Source of the DNA: Vicinamibacterales bacterium
GTDB taxonomy: Bacteria; Acidobacteriota; Vicinamibacteria; Vicinamibacterales; UBA8438
DNA length: 64,000 bases
Assembly (NCBI GenBank): GCA_965202695.1
Contig: OZ241843.1
Span: 826,254-890,253, forward strand
Reading direction: 5' to 3'
Shown: positions 18,114 through 27,539 of the stretch, in pieces
Layout: each line of letters begins with the position of its first letter
Numbering within the stretch: position 1 is the first letter of the stretch
Notes under the pieces: generated by a model
What the model was told of the DNA's origin: nothing
The model's input: the letters and a program-made list of their open reading frames with translations, nothing else
Databases searched by the model: none
Program-made: the position numbers and the translations under genes

Positions 18114-18605
18114 TCAATCAGAACCGGAGATCAAGCGGAGTTCCCGAACGAATTCGTCGTCGCTCCGGCACCGGTTGCGCATCTGGGTGATCTCGGAGTC
18201 GGGGATGCCGGCGTCCCGCGCCTGCGCCACGGCTTCGGCGACCGGGCCGGTTCCACACCCGATGGGTCGGGGAGGCTGAGGCCGGAGAGGCTCCTGCTTC
18301 TCCGTTTCCCGATCGCGGGTACGGGAAGGAGAACTTTCGGGCGACGCCCACCTGTTCTCGGTGCCGACGCCGGGTGCTTCGGCGAGCCAAACAGTTTGCC
18401 ATCTGTCTTCGTACAGTTCCTTGACGAGCCTGCGCGGAAAGGTCCTTCCATTCCTGGTCCGGACCATCACAACAAGGCCCTTTACCGCGCACGCGGCATC
18501 CTCGACAGGGATCGACACCCCCCAGGTTTCGGCGGGGGATCCGTCGACGGGCCTGACCCGGACGGGCTTCGCCCAGCATGCGGCCGTTTTCGTTTCGCGC
18601 GTCAT
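18114..18605 (-). CDS. Hypothetical protein (163 aa)
   Basis: ATG at 18605. Lower-G+C patch with non-shadow composition (MTRETKTAACWAKPV...). No family recognised. Confidence 0.35.
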   Translation of the reverse strand: MTRETKTAACWAKPVRVRPVDGSPAETWGVSIPVEDAACAVKGLVVMVRTRNGRTFPRRLVKELYEDRWQTVWLAEAPGVGTENRWASPESSPSRTRDRETEKQEPLRPQPPRPIGCGTGPVAEAVAQARDAGIPDSEITQMRNRCRSDDEFVRELRLISGSD

Positions 18606-18799
18606 GCCGGGGTCCTCCTTCCTCATTCGGATCCGATCGTTTCGCTTTTCCGTCCTGCACGGAGCCCGTCGGCCGTTTCCTTCGTTCGGCGCGCCACCGG
18701 GCGATGATTTCATCCTGCCCCGCGGCATTCAAGCTGCGACGCCCGGCGTTGCTCCTCGGACCGCCTTGCGGGCCGCGAACGCCGTTTCGCCGCGGGCGC

Positions 18800-19585
18800 T
18801 TACGGCCGGGCGGCGACGACCAGGCTCTGGGCCGCGCGCCCCACGACCCCGTCCGCGTCCCACAGGCGGGTGCGGCACAGCCCGATGCCCGACGGCTCGG
18901 CCACGCTGCGGGACTCCAGGCCGACCCAGGCGCCGCGCGGCGGCCGCACGAGATGCACCGACAGGTCGGCGTTGAGGAACGTGTACTCGCCGAGGGGAAC
19001 CGGCACCGCGACCCCGTGGCCGGCGTCCGCCGCGACCAGGGTGCGCTGCCACGGCGTCGGCGCCTCGCCCGGCACCAGGGGACATCGCTGGCGCATCCAG
19101 CACGTCACGTCCGACCGCCCCCACGCGCCCCGGACGTAGCGCACGTCGACCGCGGACTGGTAGCCGACGGGGTCCGGGAAGAACGGGAAGGTGTACGGCT
19201 CGGCCGCCCCGGGGGGCGGGGGCGGCGCGCATTCCGCCTCGTTGACCGGCAGGGCCACGCGCCGCCGGCGCAGGCACAGGGCCACCGCCGTCAGCGCGAG
19301 GTCGGGGCCGGACCACAGCCGCGCCGCGTGCCGCTCCACCAGCCGGCCGCGTTTCAGGGCCTCGGTCTCCACCCGCATCGGCCCGATGGGCACCGGCCGC
19401 AGGAACTCGACCGTGAAACGGACGATGGCGCAGTCCCTGTCGGACAGCGCCGCCTCGACCGCGCGCGCGAGCAGGGCCGCCGGGGGACCGCCGTGCTGGT
19501 GATCCCGGCTCCACGGGCCGCGGGTCCAGCCCGTCGCCCGGAAGCGGCCGGCGCCGGCGGGTTCGTAGAAGCAGGTCGGCGGCAT
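18800..19585 (-). CDS. Thioesterase-family protein (TesB-like double hot-dog)
   Basis: 261 aa from the ATG at 19585. HGGPPAALLARA and two hot-dog-like halves. The rest of the 592-aa ORF is shadow sequence. Confidence 0.6.
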   Translation of the reverse strand: MPPTCFYEPAGAGRFRATGWTRGPWSRDHQHGGPPAALLARAVEAALSDRDCAIVRFTVEFLRPVPIGPMRVETEALKRGRLVERHAARLWSGPDLALTAVALCLRRRRVALPVNEAECAPPPPPGAAEPYTFPFFPDPVGYQSAVDVRYVRGAWGRSDVTCWMRQRCPLVPGEAPTPWQRTLVAADAGHGVAVPVPLGEYTFLNADLSVHLVRPPRGAWVGLESRSVAEPSGIGLCRTRLWDADGVVGRAAQSLVVAARP

Positions 19586-19620
19586 GGCGAAGACCGGGGC
19601 GGGCGGACGCGGTTCCGCGG

Positions 19621-20613
19621 TCAGGCCCGCAGATGCGGCTCGAGGGCTGCAAACCGATGCTCGATCTCGTCGATCTGGGCCTGCGTGAAGCTGTACTCGC
19701 CACGCCGCGACTTCGTCGTCTTGAACAGCCCGCGCTTCCGCAACACGTGGAGCCGCACGCCGGGAATCAGCCGGTCGAGGTTCAGCATCAGCAGGAGCTT
19801 GGCGTAGAGGTCGCGCATCTCGTCGTGCCGGCCCGCCTCGTGCAGGTCCCACAGCCCCGCGTAGACGTCGGCGTACATCACCCCGCCGGTCATCACGCCG
19901 TCGGTGCCGAGGCGCATCTCCCAGGCCCACGCCCGGCCGAAGTCGGCGCCCAGGACGCTCTTGACGGGATGCGGACGGTGCTTCATCAGCGCGACCATCC
20001 GCTCCTGCACCGGCGGGTGCTCCTCCTTCACGTAGCCGCACTGCGGGAACTCGCGCGCCAGCGCCACCAGGAAATCGACCGTCGGTTCGACGTCCGGCGC
20101 CCCGCCGCTCGTCTGCACGAAGACCGGACGGCCGGTGACGCCGCACAACGCGGCGTAGTAGTCCCGGAAGTCGTCCAGCGACGATGCGGTGCGCGGCGGA
20201 ATCGCGATCATCGCGTCGGGCTCGAGGGCCTCGGCGTAGCGGGCGTACTCGAGCATGCCGGCGGTGTCGTCGGCCTGCACGCCGAGCACCAGCGCCGGCG
20301 CGCGGCCCGCGTTCGCCTCGGCCAGCACGTCGAACCCGCGCAGGCGCTCGGCCTGGCTCAGATGGCGCTGCTCGCTGGAGTTCTGCGGCCACACCAGGGC
20401 CTCGACGCCGCAGCGGTCGCAGAAGTCGACCTCGCCGGCGAGGTCGTCGTAGTCGACCTGGTTCGCGGCGGTGTAGGGCGTGCTCAGAATCATGAAGGCG
20501 CCGCGCATGGGCCGGCCCTCGGCCGCGCCCGCGCGCAGGCCCGGGAACACGGCGGCCGCCGCGAGCGATCCCAGGCACTCCCGCCGGGTCATCGTGAACC
20601 GTGCGTCCGCCAT
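19621..20613 (-). CDS. Dihydrodipicolinate synthase/N-acetylneuraminate lyase-family aldolase with Tat-like signal
   Basis: MTRRECLGSLAAAAVF signal-like N-terminus. DapA-family layout with the Schiff-base Lys context CGYVKEE. Confidence 0.75.
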   Translation of the reverse strand: MADARFTMTRRECLGSLAAAAVFPGLRAGAAEGRPMRGAFMILSTPYTAANQVDYDDLAGEVDFCDRCGVEALVWPQNSSEQRHLSQAERLRGFDVLAEANAGRAPALVLGVQADDTAGMLEYARYAEALEPDAMIAIPPRTASSLDDFRDYYAALCGVTGRPVFVQTSGGAPDVEPTVDFLVALAREFPQCGYVKEEHPPVQERMVALMKHRPHPVKSVLGADFGRAWAWEMRLGTDGVMTGGVMYADVYAGLWDLHEAGRHDEMRDLYAKLLLMLNLDRLIPGVRLHVLRKRGLFKTTKSRRGEYSFTQAQIDEIEHRFAALEPHLRA

Positions 20614-20894
20614 GTCCGTCCTCCCTTCGATGCTCTCCGCCCCATCCGCCGGACGCTACTCTACATCGAATCCGCCGGCCTCGCCGGCCCGGCGATCCCG
20701 GCCGCGGGGGCGTCGCCGCCCCGGGCGCCCGACTCCGCCGCCGAGGATTCGGCGCAGCGCGAACCGCCCCGAGCCGGACCGCGCACCGGGACGCCGGGGC
20801 GCGGTATCATTACCGTCGGCGCGGGGCTCGCGGGGGCCGGCGGGACGGACCCGGCGCGGCGCGACGGCCCCCCGGCCGAAGGGAGGAACCACCC

Positions 20895-23255
20895 ATGCCG
20901 CACGGAATTCGGAGTCTGCGTGGAACGGCGCGGACTCCCGGGCTTCGCCTCGCCGCCGGCCTGCTCGCGTGCCTGACGCCGGGCGCCGCGGCGGCGCAGG
21001 TCGCCTACATCGACCCCGCCGGCAGCTTCACGCAGGTCGTCGCCGCGACGCACGAGGGCGTGAAGACGATCTTCGTGTCGGGGCAGGTCGGCCGGGGCGA
21101 CACGCTGCGCGAACACGTCGAGTCGGCGTTCGCGGGGGTCGTGCGGCGTCTCGCGCAGGCGGGCGCCGCGCCCGAGGACGTCGTGAAGATCCGCATCTTC
21201 GTGAAGGACTTCGAGCCGGAGCAGTACCCGGTCGTCGCCGAGGCGCGGCTGGCGACCTTCCCCGAGGGCCACTGGCCGGCGAGCACGATGGTCGGGGTCG
21301 GGGCGCTGTTCGCCGAGACGATGCGCGTCGAGATCGAGGCCCTCGCGGTGGTGGCCGAACCGGGAGCCGACCTGCGGATCGAGCGCTTCAACCCCGCGAA
21401 CGGCTTCAGCGGCGCGGTGGCGGTGACCGCGCACGGCGTGAAGACCGTCTACGTGGCGGGACAGGTCGGCGGCGGCGACACCCTCGCGGCGCAGACCGCG
21501 GCGGTGTGGGAGCGCGTCGGCCAGCAGCTCGCGGCGGCGGGGGCGTCCTTCGGCGACCTCGTCAAGGCCACCACCTACGTCGTCGACTTCGACCCGGAGA
21601 CGGACCTCGCCGCGTACCGCGCCGGCCGCGAGCAGGCCCTGTCCCTCCCGGACATGCCCGCGAGCACCCTGCTCGGGATTCCGGCCCTCGCGGCCGAGCG
21701 GTTCCGCATCGAGATCGACGGCGTCGCCGTCGTCGGCGCGGACGGCGGGCCGGTCGAGCGGGCGTTCATCGATCCGGCGCCCGGCTTCACGCAGGTGGTG
21801 ACGGCGCGCGGCTCGGGACCCACGGTGGTCCGGGTCTCGGGCCAGGTGGGCCGCCCCGGCGACCCCCTCGGCCGCCAGGCCGACCAGGTGTTCGCCAACC
21901 TGAGACGGCGTCTCGAGGCGGCCGGCGCAGGACCGGAGAACCTGCTGAAAGTCGTGGTCTACGTGCCGGACTACACGCCGGGCGACTTCGCGGCGGTCGA
22001 CGCGGCCCGCCGGGCGCACGGCTTCTCCGACGAGACGGCGCCGGCGGCGACGCTGCTCGGCATCCAGTCGCTCTTCGCCGCCGGCGCGCGGCTGGAGATC
22101 GAAGGGACCGCCGTCGTGCCGCCGGCCGCGGACGGCGGCCGGCTTCCCGACGACGTGAACCCGGAGTCGCGCAGCCGCCTCCCGCCCATCGACCGCGAAG
22201 AGCTCGATCCCGCGCGCCGCGAGGCGTACGACGCGGCGGCGGCGAGCCCGGCCGGCCCGCCCGCCGGAGCCGCCGCCCTGCGGTTGCACGGGTCGGGCGC
22301 CAGTCTGCGCTTCGCCGCCCCGATGGGACGCCGGCTGACCGAGCTGACGGTGCTGACCACCGCGCGCGAGTACGACCAGCCGTACGAGTGGGCGCTGCAC
22401 GAGCTGGAGGCGCTCGCGGTCGGGCTCGACGCCGGCGTCATCGACGTGGTGCGGCACCGGAAGCCGCTCACGGGGCTGAGCGACCGCGAGGCGATCGTCG
22501 TCGAGGTGGGCCGGGAGCTGTTCGGCACGCGGCGGCTCGGCGCGGACACCTACGCGCGGGCGCTGGCCCTGCTCGGCAAGACCAACCTCGTCGACGTCGT
22601 CGACGTGATGGGCCGCTACGCGAGCACCGCGGCCACGCTGACCGCCTTCAACCAGCGCATGCCGGCCGGCTGGCGGCAGTCGCTGCCGCTGCCCTTCACG
22701 CATCCGGACGACGTCCATCCCGATTCGCGCAGCCGCCTGCCCCTGCGGAGCCCGGCGAGCCGCACCTCGGTGGCCGAGCTCTACGGGCGCATGCTGTCCC
22801 CTTCGGGGATCGGTCCGGGAGTCATCCGCGGCTACGGCGCGGGACAGGAGACGCTGGAGGCCCGGGTGGGACGGCGGCTGATGCAACTGGCCGTCCTGGT
22901 GACGGCGCGCGCGCACGACTCGCAGTACGACTGGACCCTGAACGAGCCGCGGGCCCGGGAGGCGGGTGTCGAGCCGGAGCTGATCGACGTCGTCCGGCAC
23001 GGCCGGCCGCTGACCGGGGTCGGCGAGAAGGACGCCGCCCTGATCGCCTTCGGCCGCGAGCTGTTCGGCGACCACAACGTCGGCGCCGACACCTACGTGC
23101 GCGCCGAGCGGGCGTTCGGGGTGCGGGATCTGGTGGACCTCGTGGGCCTGATGGGCGCCCACGCGGCCGACGCGGCGGTGCTGGCCGCCTTCGACCAGCA
23201 CCTGCCGGAGGGCGTGGAGCCGCTGCTGCCGCCCGGCACGGACTCCGCGCCGTAG
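20895..23255 (+). CDS. Secreted multidomain fusion: three RidA/YjgF domains + two carboxymuconolactone-decarboxylase (CMD)-like domains
   Basis: GGGAGG RBS before the ATG at 20895, and a signal peptide. Three repeats of the pattern GxxTVxVSGQVG...(I/V)EI(E/D)(A/G)xAVV. Two repeats of R(L/M)(T/M)ELxVLxTARxxDxxYEW..H and IDVVRHxxPLTG. Confidence 0.7.
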   Translation: MPHGIRSLRGTARTPGLRLAAGLLACLTPGAAAAQVAYIDPAGSFTQVVAATHEGVKTIFVSGQVGRGDTLREHVESAFAGVVRRLAQAGAAPEDVVKIRIFVKDFEPEQYPVVAEARLATFPEGHWPASTMVGVGALFAETMRVEIEALAVVAEPGADLRIERFNPANGFSGAVAVTAHGVKTVYVAGQVGGGDTLAAQTAAVWERVGQQLAAAGASFGDLVKATTYVVDFDPETDLAAYRAGREQALSLPDMPASTLLGIPALAAERFRIEIDGVAVVGADGGPVERAFIDPAPGFTQVVTARGSGPTVVRVSGQVGRPGDPLGRQADQVFANLRRRLEAAGAGPENLLKVVVYVPDYTPGDFAAVDAARRAHGFSDETAPAATLLGIQSLFAAGARLEIEGTAVVPPAADGGRLPDDVNPESRSRLPPIDREELDPARREAYDAAAASPAGPPAGAAALRLHGSGASLRFAAPMGRRLTELTVLTTAREYDQPYEWALHELEALAVGLDAGVIDVVRHRKPLTGLSDREAIVVEVGRELFGTRRLGADTYARALALLGKTNLVDVVDVMGRYASTAATLTAFNQRMPAGWRQSLPLPFTHPDDVHPDSRSRLPLRSPASRTSVAELYGRMLSPSGIGPGVIRGYGAGQETLEARVGRRLMQLAVLVTARAHDSQYDWTLNEPRAREAGVEPELIDVVRHGRPLTGVGEKDAALIAFGRELFGDHNVGADTYVRAERAFGVRDLVDLVGLMGAHAADAAVLAAFDQHLPEGVEPLLPPGTDSAP

Positions 23256-23295
23256 CCGTGCGCCGCCGCGTCAGGGCAGGCGCCGCCCGCGGCCC

Positions 23296-23441
23296 GTGGC
23301 GAGGCTGCGCGTCCGAAGGCGGCGGGACAGGGGATCCCGGGCCAGCCGGCGGGTGCGGCGCCGGCCAAGTGGCGAGGTTGCGTGTCCGAAGGCGGCGGGA
23401 CAGGGGATCCCGGGCCAGCCGGCGGGTGCGGCGCCGGCCAG
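23296..23441. repeat. 73-bp tandem direct repeat, two copies
   Basis: gtggcgagg(c/t)tgcg(c/t)gtccgaaggcggcgggacaggggatcccgggccagccggcgggtgcggcgccggcca occurs at 23296 and 23369. Confidence 0.85.
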
Positions 23442-23554
23442 GTCGTTCATCGAGCCGCGGGCGTGGCGCCGGGCGAGACCTGCGCCCTATGGCGGCGCGG
23501 CGCCGGCGAGAGCAATTCACCGAGCCGGACTCGGCTCACGCGGGAGGTTGGCAA

Positions 23555-24772
23555 ATGGAGATCAGACGTTCCGTTCTCGCGGCGGCGCCGCTGCTGCTGT
23601 GCCTGCTCACGGCCGCCCACGCGCAGGAGGAAGAGCCCATCGGGGTGCCGGTTCCGCCGCTCGGCGCCGGCCCCTGGGTGCTCGACACCGCCGAGCAGCA
23701 CAAGATCCGCGTCAGCGTCGTGGTCAGGGGGCTGTCGCACCCGTGGGCCGTCGCGTTCCTGCCCGGCGGCGGGATGCTCGTCACCGAGCGGGACGGCCGC
23801 CTGCGCGTCGTCCGCGGCGACGTGCTCGATCCGCGGCCCGTCGCCGGCGTGCCGGAGGTCAGGACCGACGGCAACGGCGGCCTGATGGACGTGGCGCTGC
23901 ATCCCGAGTTCGCCGACAACGGACTGGTCTATCTCACCTACACCAAGGGGCACGCCGACGGCCGCGGCTCGCCGGCCCTCGCGCGGGGCCGGCTGGAAGG
24001 GGGCGCGCTCCGCGACGTCGAGGACCTCGTGGTCACCGCGCCCTTCCACACCAACTCGGGGCTGAACGGACGTGTCGCCTTCGGCCGCGACGGCAAGGTC
24101 TACATGTCCACCGGCGGCCGCATCCGGTCGCTCGACGGCGACCTCCTAGACGCCCCGCAGGACCCGGCGAGCCTGCGTGGCAAGGTCCTGCGCCTCAACG
24201 ACGACGGTTCCGCCCCGGCCGACAACCCGTTCGTCGACGAGCCGGGCCACCGGCCGGAGATCTACACCATCGGACACCGCAACACCCTCGGCCTCATGCT
24301 GCACCCCGGGACCGGCGACCTCTGGCAGCACGAGAACGGCCCCAACGGCGGCGACGAGATCAACGTCCTGCGGCCGGGGCGCAACTACGGCTGGCCGCTG
24401 ATGAGCTTCGGGCGCCTCTATCCCGGCGCGCGGGTCTCCCCGCATCCGACGCGCGACGGATACGAATCGCCGATCGTGGTCTGGCTGCCGGCCATCGCGG
24501 CCGCCGGCATGGCCGTCTACACCGGCGACCGGTTCCCAGCCTGGCAGGGCAACCTGTTCGTCGGATCCCTGCAGATGGGCGGGATCCCGGGCACGGGCCA
24601 CCTGCAGCGCATCGTGTTCAACGAGCACATGGAGGAACTGCGGCGCGAGCTGCTGCTGACCGGGTTCCGGCAGCGCATCCGGGAGGTGCGGCAGGGGCCC
24701 GACGAGCTGCTCTACGTGCTGACCGACCACACCGACGACGGCGCGCTCCTGCGCATCGAGCCGGCGCCGTGA
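23555..24772 (+). CDS. PQQ-dependent (soluble) sugar dehydrogenase, copy 1
   Basis: GGGAGG RBS, ATG start and signal peptide. LSHPWAVAFLPGGGMLVTERDGRLRVV, GGLMDVALHPEF, HRNTLGLMLHP and NGPNGGDEIN are typical of the Ylil/sorbosone-dehydrogenase beta-propeller family. Confidence 0.85.
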   Translation: MEIRRSVLAAAPLLLCLLTAAHAQEEEPIGVPVPPLGAGPWVLDTAEQHKIRVSVVVRGLSHPWAVAFLPGGGMLVTERDGRLRVVRGDVLDPRPVAGVPEVRTDGNGGLMDVALHPEFADNGLVYLTYTKGHADGRGSPALARGRLEGGALRDVEDLVVTAPFHTNSGLNGRVAFGRDGKVYMSTGGRIRSLDGDLLDAPQDPASLRGKVLRLNDDGSAPADNPFVDEPGHRPEIYTIGHRNTLGLMLHPGTGDLWQHENGPNGGDEINVLRPGRNYGWPLMSFGRLYPGARVSPHPTRDGYESPIVVWLPAIAAAGMAVYTGDRFPAWQGNLFVGSLQMGGIPGTGHLQRIVFNEHMEELRRELLLTGFRQRIREVRQGPDELLYVLTDHTDDGALLRIEPAP

Positions 24773-24834
24773 CGGCCGACGCGGCCCGGTCGAGCGGGCG
24801 TTCGTCGGGTCCGGCTCACGCGGGAGGTTGGCAA

Positions 24835-26055
24835 GTGGAGATCAGACGTTCCGTTCTCGCGGCGGCGCCGTTGCTGCTGTGCCTGCTCGCGGCCGCCCAC
24901 GCGCAGGAGGAAGAGCCCCTCGGCGTGCCGACGCCGCCGCTCGGCGACGGCCCCTGGGTGCTCGACACCGCCGAGCAGCACAAGATCCGCGTCAGCGTCG
25001 TGGTCAGGGGGCTGTCGCACCCGTGGGCCGTCGCGTTCCTGCCCGACGGCGGCATGCTCGTCACCGAGCGGGACGGCCGCCTGCGCGTGGTGCGCGGCGA
25101 CGCGCTCGATCCGCGGCCCGTCGCCGGCGTGCCCCAGGTCAGTACCGACGGCGACGGCGGCCTGATGGACGTGGCCCTCCACCCCGAGTTCGCCGACAAC
25201 GGGCTGGTCTATCTCACCTACACCAAGGGTCACGACGACGACGGCACGTCGCCGGCCCTCGCGCGGGGCCGGCTGGAGGGGGGCGCGCTCCACGACGTCG
25301 AGGACCTCGTGGTCACCGAACCCTTCCGCCGCAACTCGGAGCTGAACGGGCGCGTCGCCTTCGGCCGCGACGGCAAGGTCTACATGTCCACCAGCAACCC
25401 CCGCGGCCGCCTCCGGCCGCGCAACGCGCTCCACCCCGCGCAGGACCCCGCGAGCCTGCGCGGCAAGGTCCTGCGCCTCAACGACGACGGCTCCGTCCCG
25501 GCCGACAACCCGTTCGTGAACGAGCCGGGCCACCGGCCGGAGATCTACACCCTCGGACACCGCAGCACCCTCGGCCTCATGCTGCACCCCGGGACCGGCG
25601 ACCTCTGGCAGCACGAGAACGGCCCCAACGGCGGCGACGAGCTCAACGTCCTGCGGCCGGGGCGCAACTACGGCTGGCCGCTGATGAGCTTCGGGCGCCT
25701 CTATCGCGGCCCGCGGATATCTCCGCATCCGACGCGCGACGGATACGAGTCGCCGATCGTGGTCTGGCTGCCGGCCATCGCGGCCGCCGGCATGGCCGTC
25801 TACACCGGCGACCGGTTCCCGGCGTGGAAGGGCAACCTGTTCGTCGGGTCCCTGCGGATGGGCAGGATCCCGGGTACGGGCCACCTGCAGCGCATCGTGT
25901 TCAACGAGCGCATGGAGGAACTGCGGCGCGAGCTGCTGCTGACCGGGTTCCGGCAGCGCATCCGGGAGGTGCGGCAGGGGCCCGACGAGCTGCTCTACGT
26001 GCTGACCGACCACGCCGACGACGGCGCGCTCCTGCGCATCGAGCCGGCGCCGTGA
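24835..26055 (+). CDS. PQQ-dependent (soluble) sugar dehydrogenase, copy 2 (tandem paralogue, GTG start)
   Basis: Near-identical to copy 1, including the upstream ccggctcacgcgggaggttggcaa. The start codon is GTG instead of ATG. Confidence 0.85.
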   Translation: MEIRRSVLAAAPLLLCLLAAAHAQEEEPLGVPTPPLGDGPWVLDTAEQHKIRVSVVVRGLSHPWAVAFLPDGGMLVTERDGRLRVVRGDALDPRPVAGVPQVSTDGDGGLMDVALHPEFADNGLVYLTYTKGHDDDGTSPALARGRLEGGALHDVEDLVVTEPFRRNSELNGRVAFGRDGKVYMSTSNPRGRLRPRNALHPAQDPASLRGKVLRLNDDGSVPADNPFVNEPGHRPEIYTLGHRSTLGLMLHPGTGDLWQHENGPNGGDELNVLRPGRNYGWPLMSFGRLYRGPRISPHPTRDGYESPIVVWLPAIAAAGMAVYTGDRFPAWKGNLFVGSLRMGRIPGTGHLQRIVFNERMEELRRELLLTGFRQRIREVRQGPDELLYVLTDHADDGALLRIEPAP

Positions 26056-26134
26056 CGTCTTGCGCCGGCGCCGGCCTCCGCCGGCTCCGCGCGCGAACCG
26101 GCCATGACGCCGCGCATCCGGTGTCCAACAGCCC

Positions 26135-27406
26135 GTGCCTGTCCCGACCGTGTTCCGTCTTCCGCGACCGGCCTCCTTCGGTCCCGGCCTGCTCTGGGCG
26201 GCCACCGCCATCGGGGTCTCGCACCTCGTGCAGTCGACCCGCGCCGGGGCGGCGGCCGGCTTCGGCCTCGCCGGCGTGATCCTGATCGCGCTGGTCCTGA
26301 AGTACCCGTTCTTCGAATACGGCCCGCGGTACGCCGCCGCGACCGGCGAGAGCCTCGTCGAGGGCTACGCCCGCGTCGGCCGCTGGGCGCTCTGGCTCTA
26401 CCTGGTCATCACGGTGTCGACGACGGCCTCCGTGCCGCCGGCGGTGGTGATGTTCACGGCCTATCTGCTCGGCTTCAGCCTGGGTCTGGACTGGCCGCTG
26501 CCGATGCTGGCGGCGGCGGTGATGGCGCCGGCCGCCGCCCTGCTGTGGTGGGGCCGGTTCCGGGGCCTGGACCTCTCCATCAAGCTCCTCGTGCTGCTGC
26601 TGGCGCTGTCGACGCTGCTGGCGGCGGCGGTCAGTCTTCCCCGCGCCGACGTGTCGACGCTGGCGGTGTGGCCGGCCGGCCTTCTCGGCTCGACGGTCCC
26701 GTTCGTGTTCCTGCTGGCCCTCGCGGGGTGGATGCCGTCGGGGGTCGACAGCGCCGTCTGGAGCTCCCTGTGGACCCTCGCCAGGAACGACGCCGCCGGC
26801 CGGCCCGGCTCGGTGGCGGCGGCGCGGCAGGACTTTCTCGTCGGCTACGCGGGCACGGCGGTCCTCGCGTTCGCCTTTCTGACGCTGGGCGCGGGGGTGA
26901 TGTTCGGGTCAGGCCGGACGTTCGCACCGGAGGGGACGCGGTTCGCCACCCAACTGGTCGACCTGTACAGCGCGACGCTGGGCGCCTGGACCCGGCCGGT
27001 GGTGCTGGCCGCGGTGGTGACCACGATGCTTTCGACGGCGCTGACGGTGCTCGACGGGGGGCCGCGCTCGATCGAGCGCACCGTCGCGGTGCTGCGCGCC
27101 AAGCGGCCCGCCGCGCCCCCGGCGCCGTGCGGTCCGGTCTACTGGTGGAGCCTCGCGGGCGTGATGCTGCTCACCCTGGCGGTCCTGGCCCTGTTCATCG
27201 GCAACCTCACCACGATGATCGACTTCGCCACGACCCTTACGTTCCTCACCAGCCCCGTGCTCGGCTATCTGAACCTGCGCGCCGTCGGCTCGCGCGAGAT
27301 GCCGCCCGAGCACCGGCCGGGCCGGCCGATGCGGGTCCTCTCGTGGGTGGGCATCGTCCTGCTCGGCGGGACGGGGCTGATCTACCTGCTCACGTTCGCG
27401 TTCTGA
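26135..27406 (+). CDS. NRAMP-family divalent metal transporter
   Basis: FGPGLLWAATAIGVSHLVQSTRAGA plus about 11 TM segments, matching the NRAMP N-terminal DPGN-like region. Confidence 0.8.
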   Translation: MPVPTVFRLPRPASFGPGLLWAATAIGVSHLVQSTRAGAAAGFGLAGVILIALVLKYPFFEYGPRYAAATGESLVEGYARVGRWALWLYLVITVSTTASVPPAVVMFTAYLLGFSLGLDWPLPMLAAAVMAPAAALLWWGRFRGLDLSIKLLVLLLALSTLLAAAVSLPRADVSTLAVWPAGLLGSTVPFVFLLALAGWMPSGVDSAVWSSLWTLARNDAAGRPGSVAAARQDFLVGYAGTAVLAFAFLTLGAGVMFGSGRTFAPEGTRFATQLVDLYSATLGAWTRPVVLAAVVTTMLSTALTVLDGGPRSIERTVAVLRAKRPAAPPAPCGPVYWWSLAGVMLLTLAVLALFIGNLTTMIDFATTLTFLTSPVLGYLNLRAVGSREMPPEHRPGRPMRVLSWVGIVLLGGTGLIYLLTFAF

Positions 27407-27437
27407 GCGGCGGGCCCGTGGACGCACCGGTTCCTGG

Positions 27438-27495
27438 CCGCCCGTGGTAAAGTCCCCGCTGCATTGCGAGCGGCGATGCGCCCCGCCCGCCTGCC
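27438..27495. repeat. Family-1 REP/MITE arm (single arm, degenerate)
   Basis: ccgcccgtggtaaagtccccgctgcattgcgagcggcgatgcgccccgcccgcctgcc aligns with the arms of 46401-46560. Confidence 0.5.
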
Positions 27496-27539
27496 CCTGC
27501 CGCGATGCGTTGAATCCCGCGTCGGAGAGGACTGCGCCC

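Noticed and set aside
18118-18732. Alternative 204-aa frame overlapping 18114-18728
   Set aside because: Two same-strand overlapping frames cannot both be real. The 18118 frame is more Arg/Gly-biased. Even the frame I retained (18114-18605) is low confidence.
20480-24772. 1,430-aa ORF spanning the RidA-CMD gene region and the first PQQ dehydrogenase
   Set aside because: Only the last 405 codons (from the ATG at 23555, with a GGGAGG RBS and signal peptide) look like a real protein. The upstream ~1,000 codons are Arg/Gly/Pro/Ala-rich shadow sequence, out of frame with the well-supported 20895-23255 gene. This is typical of stop-poor high-G+C DNA.
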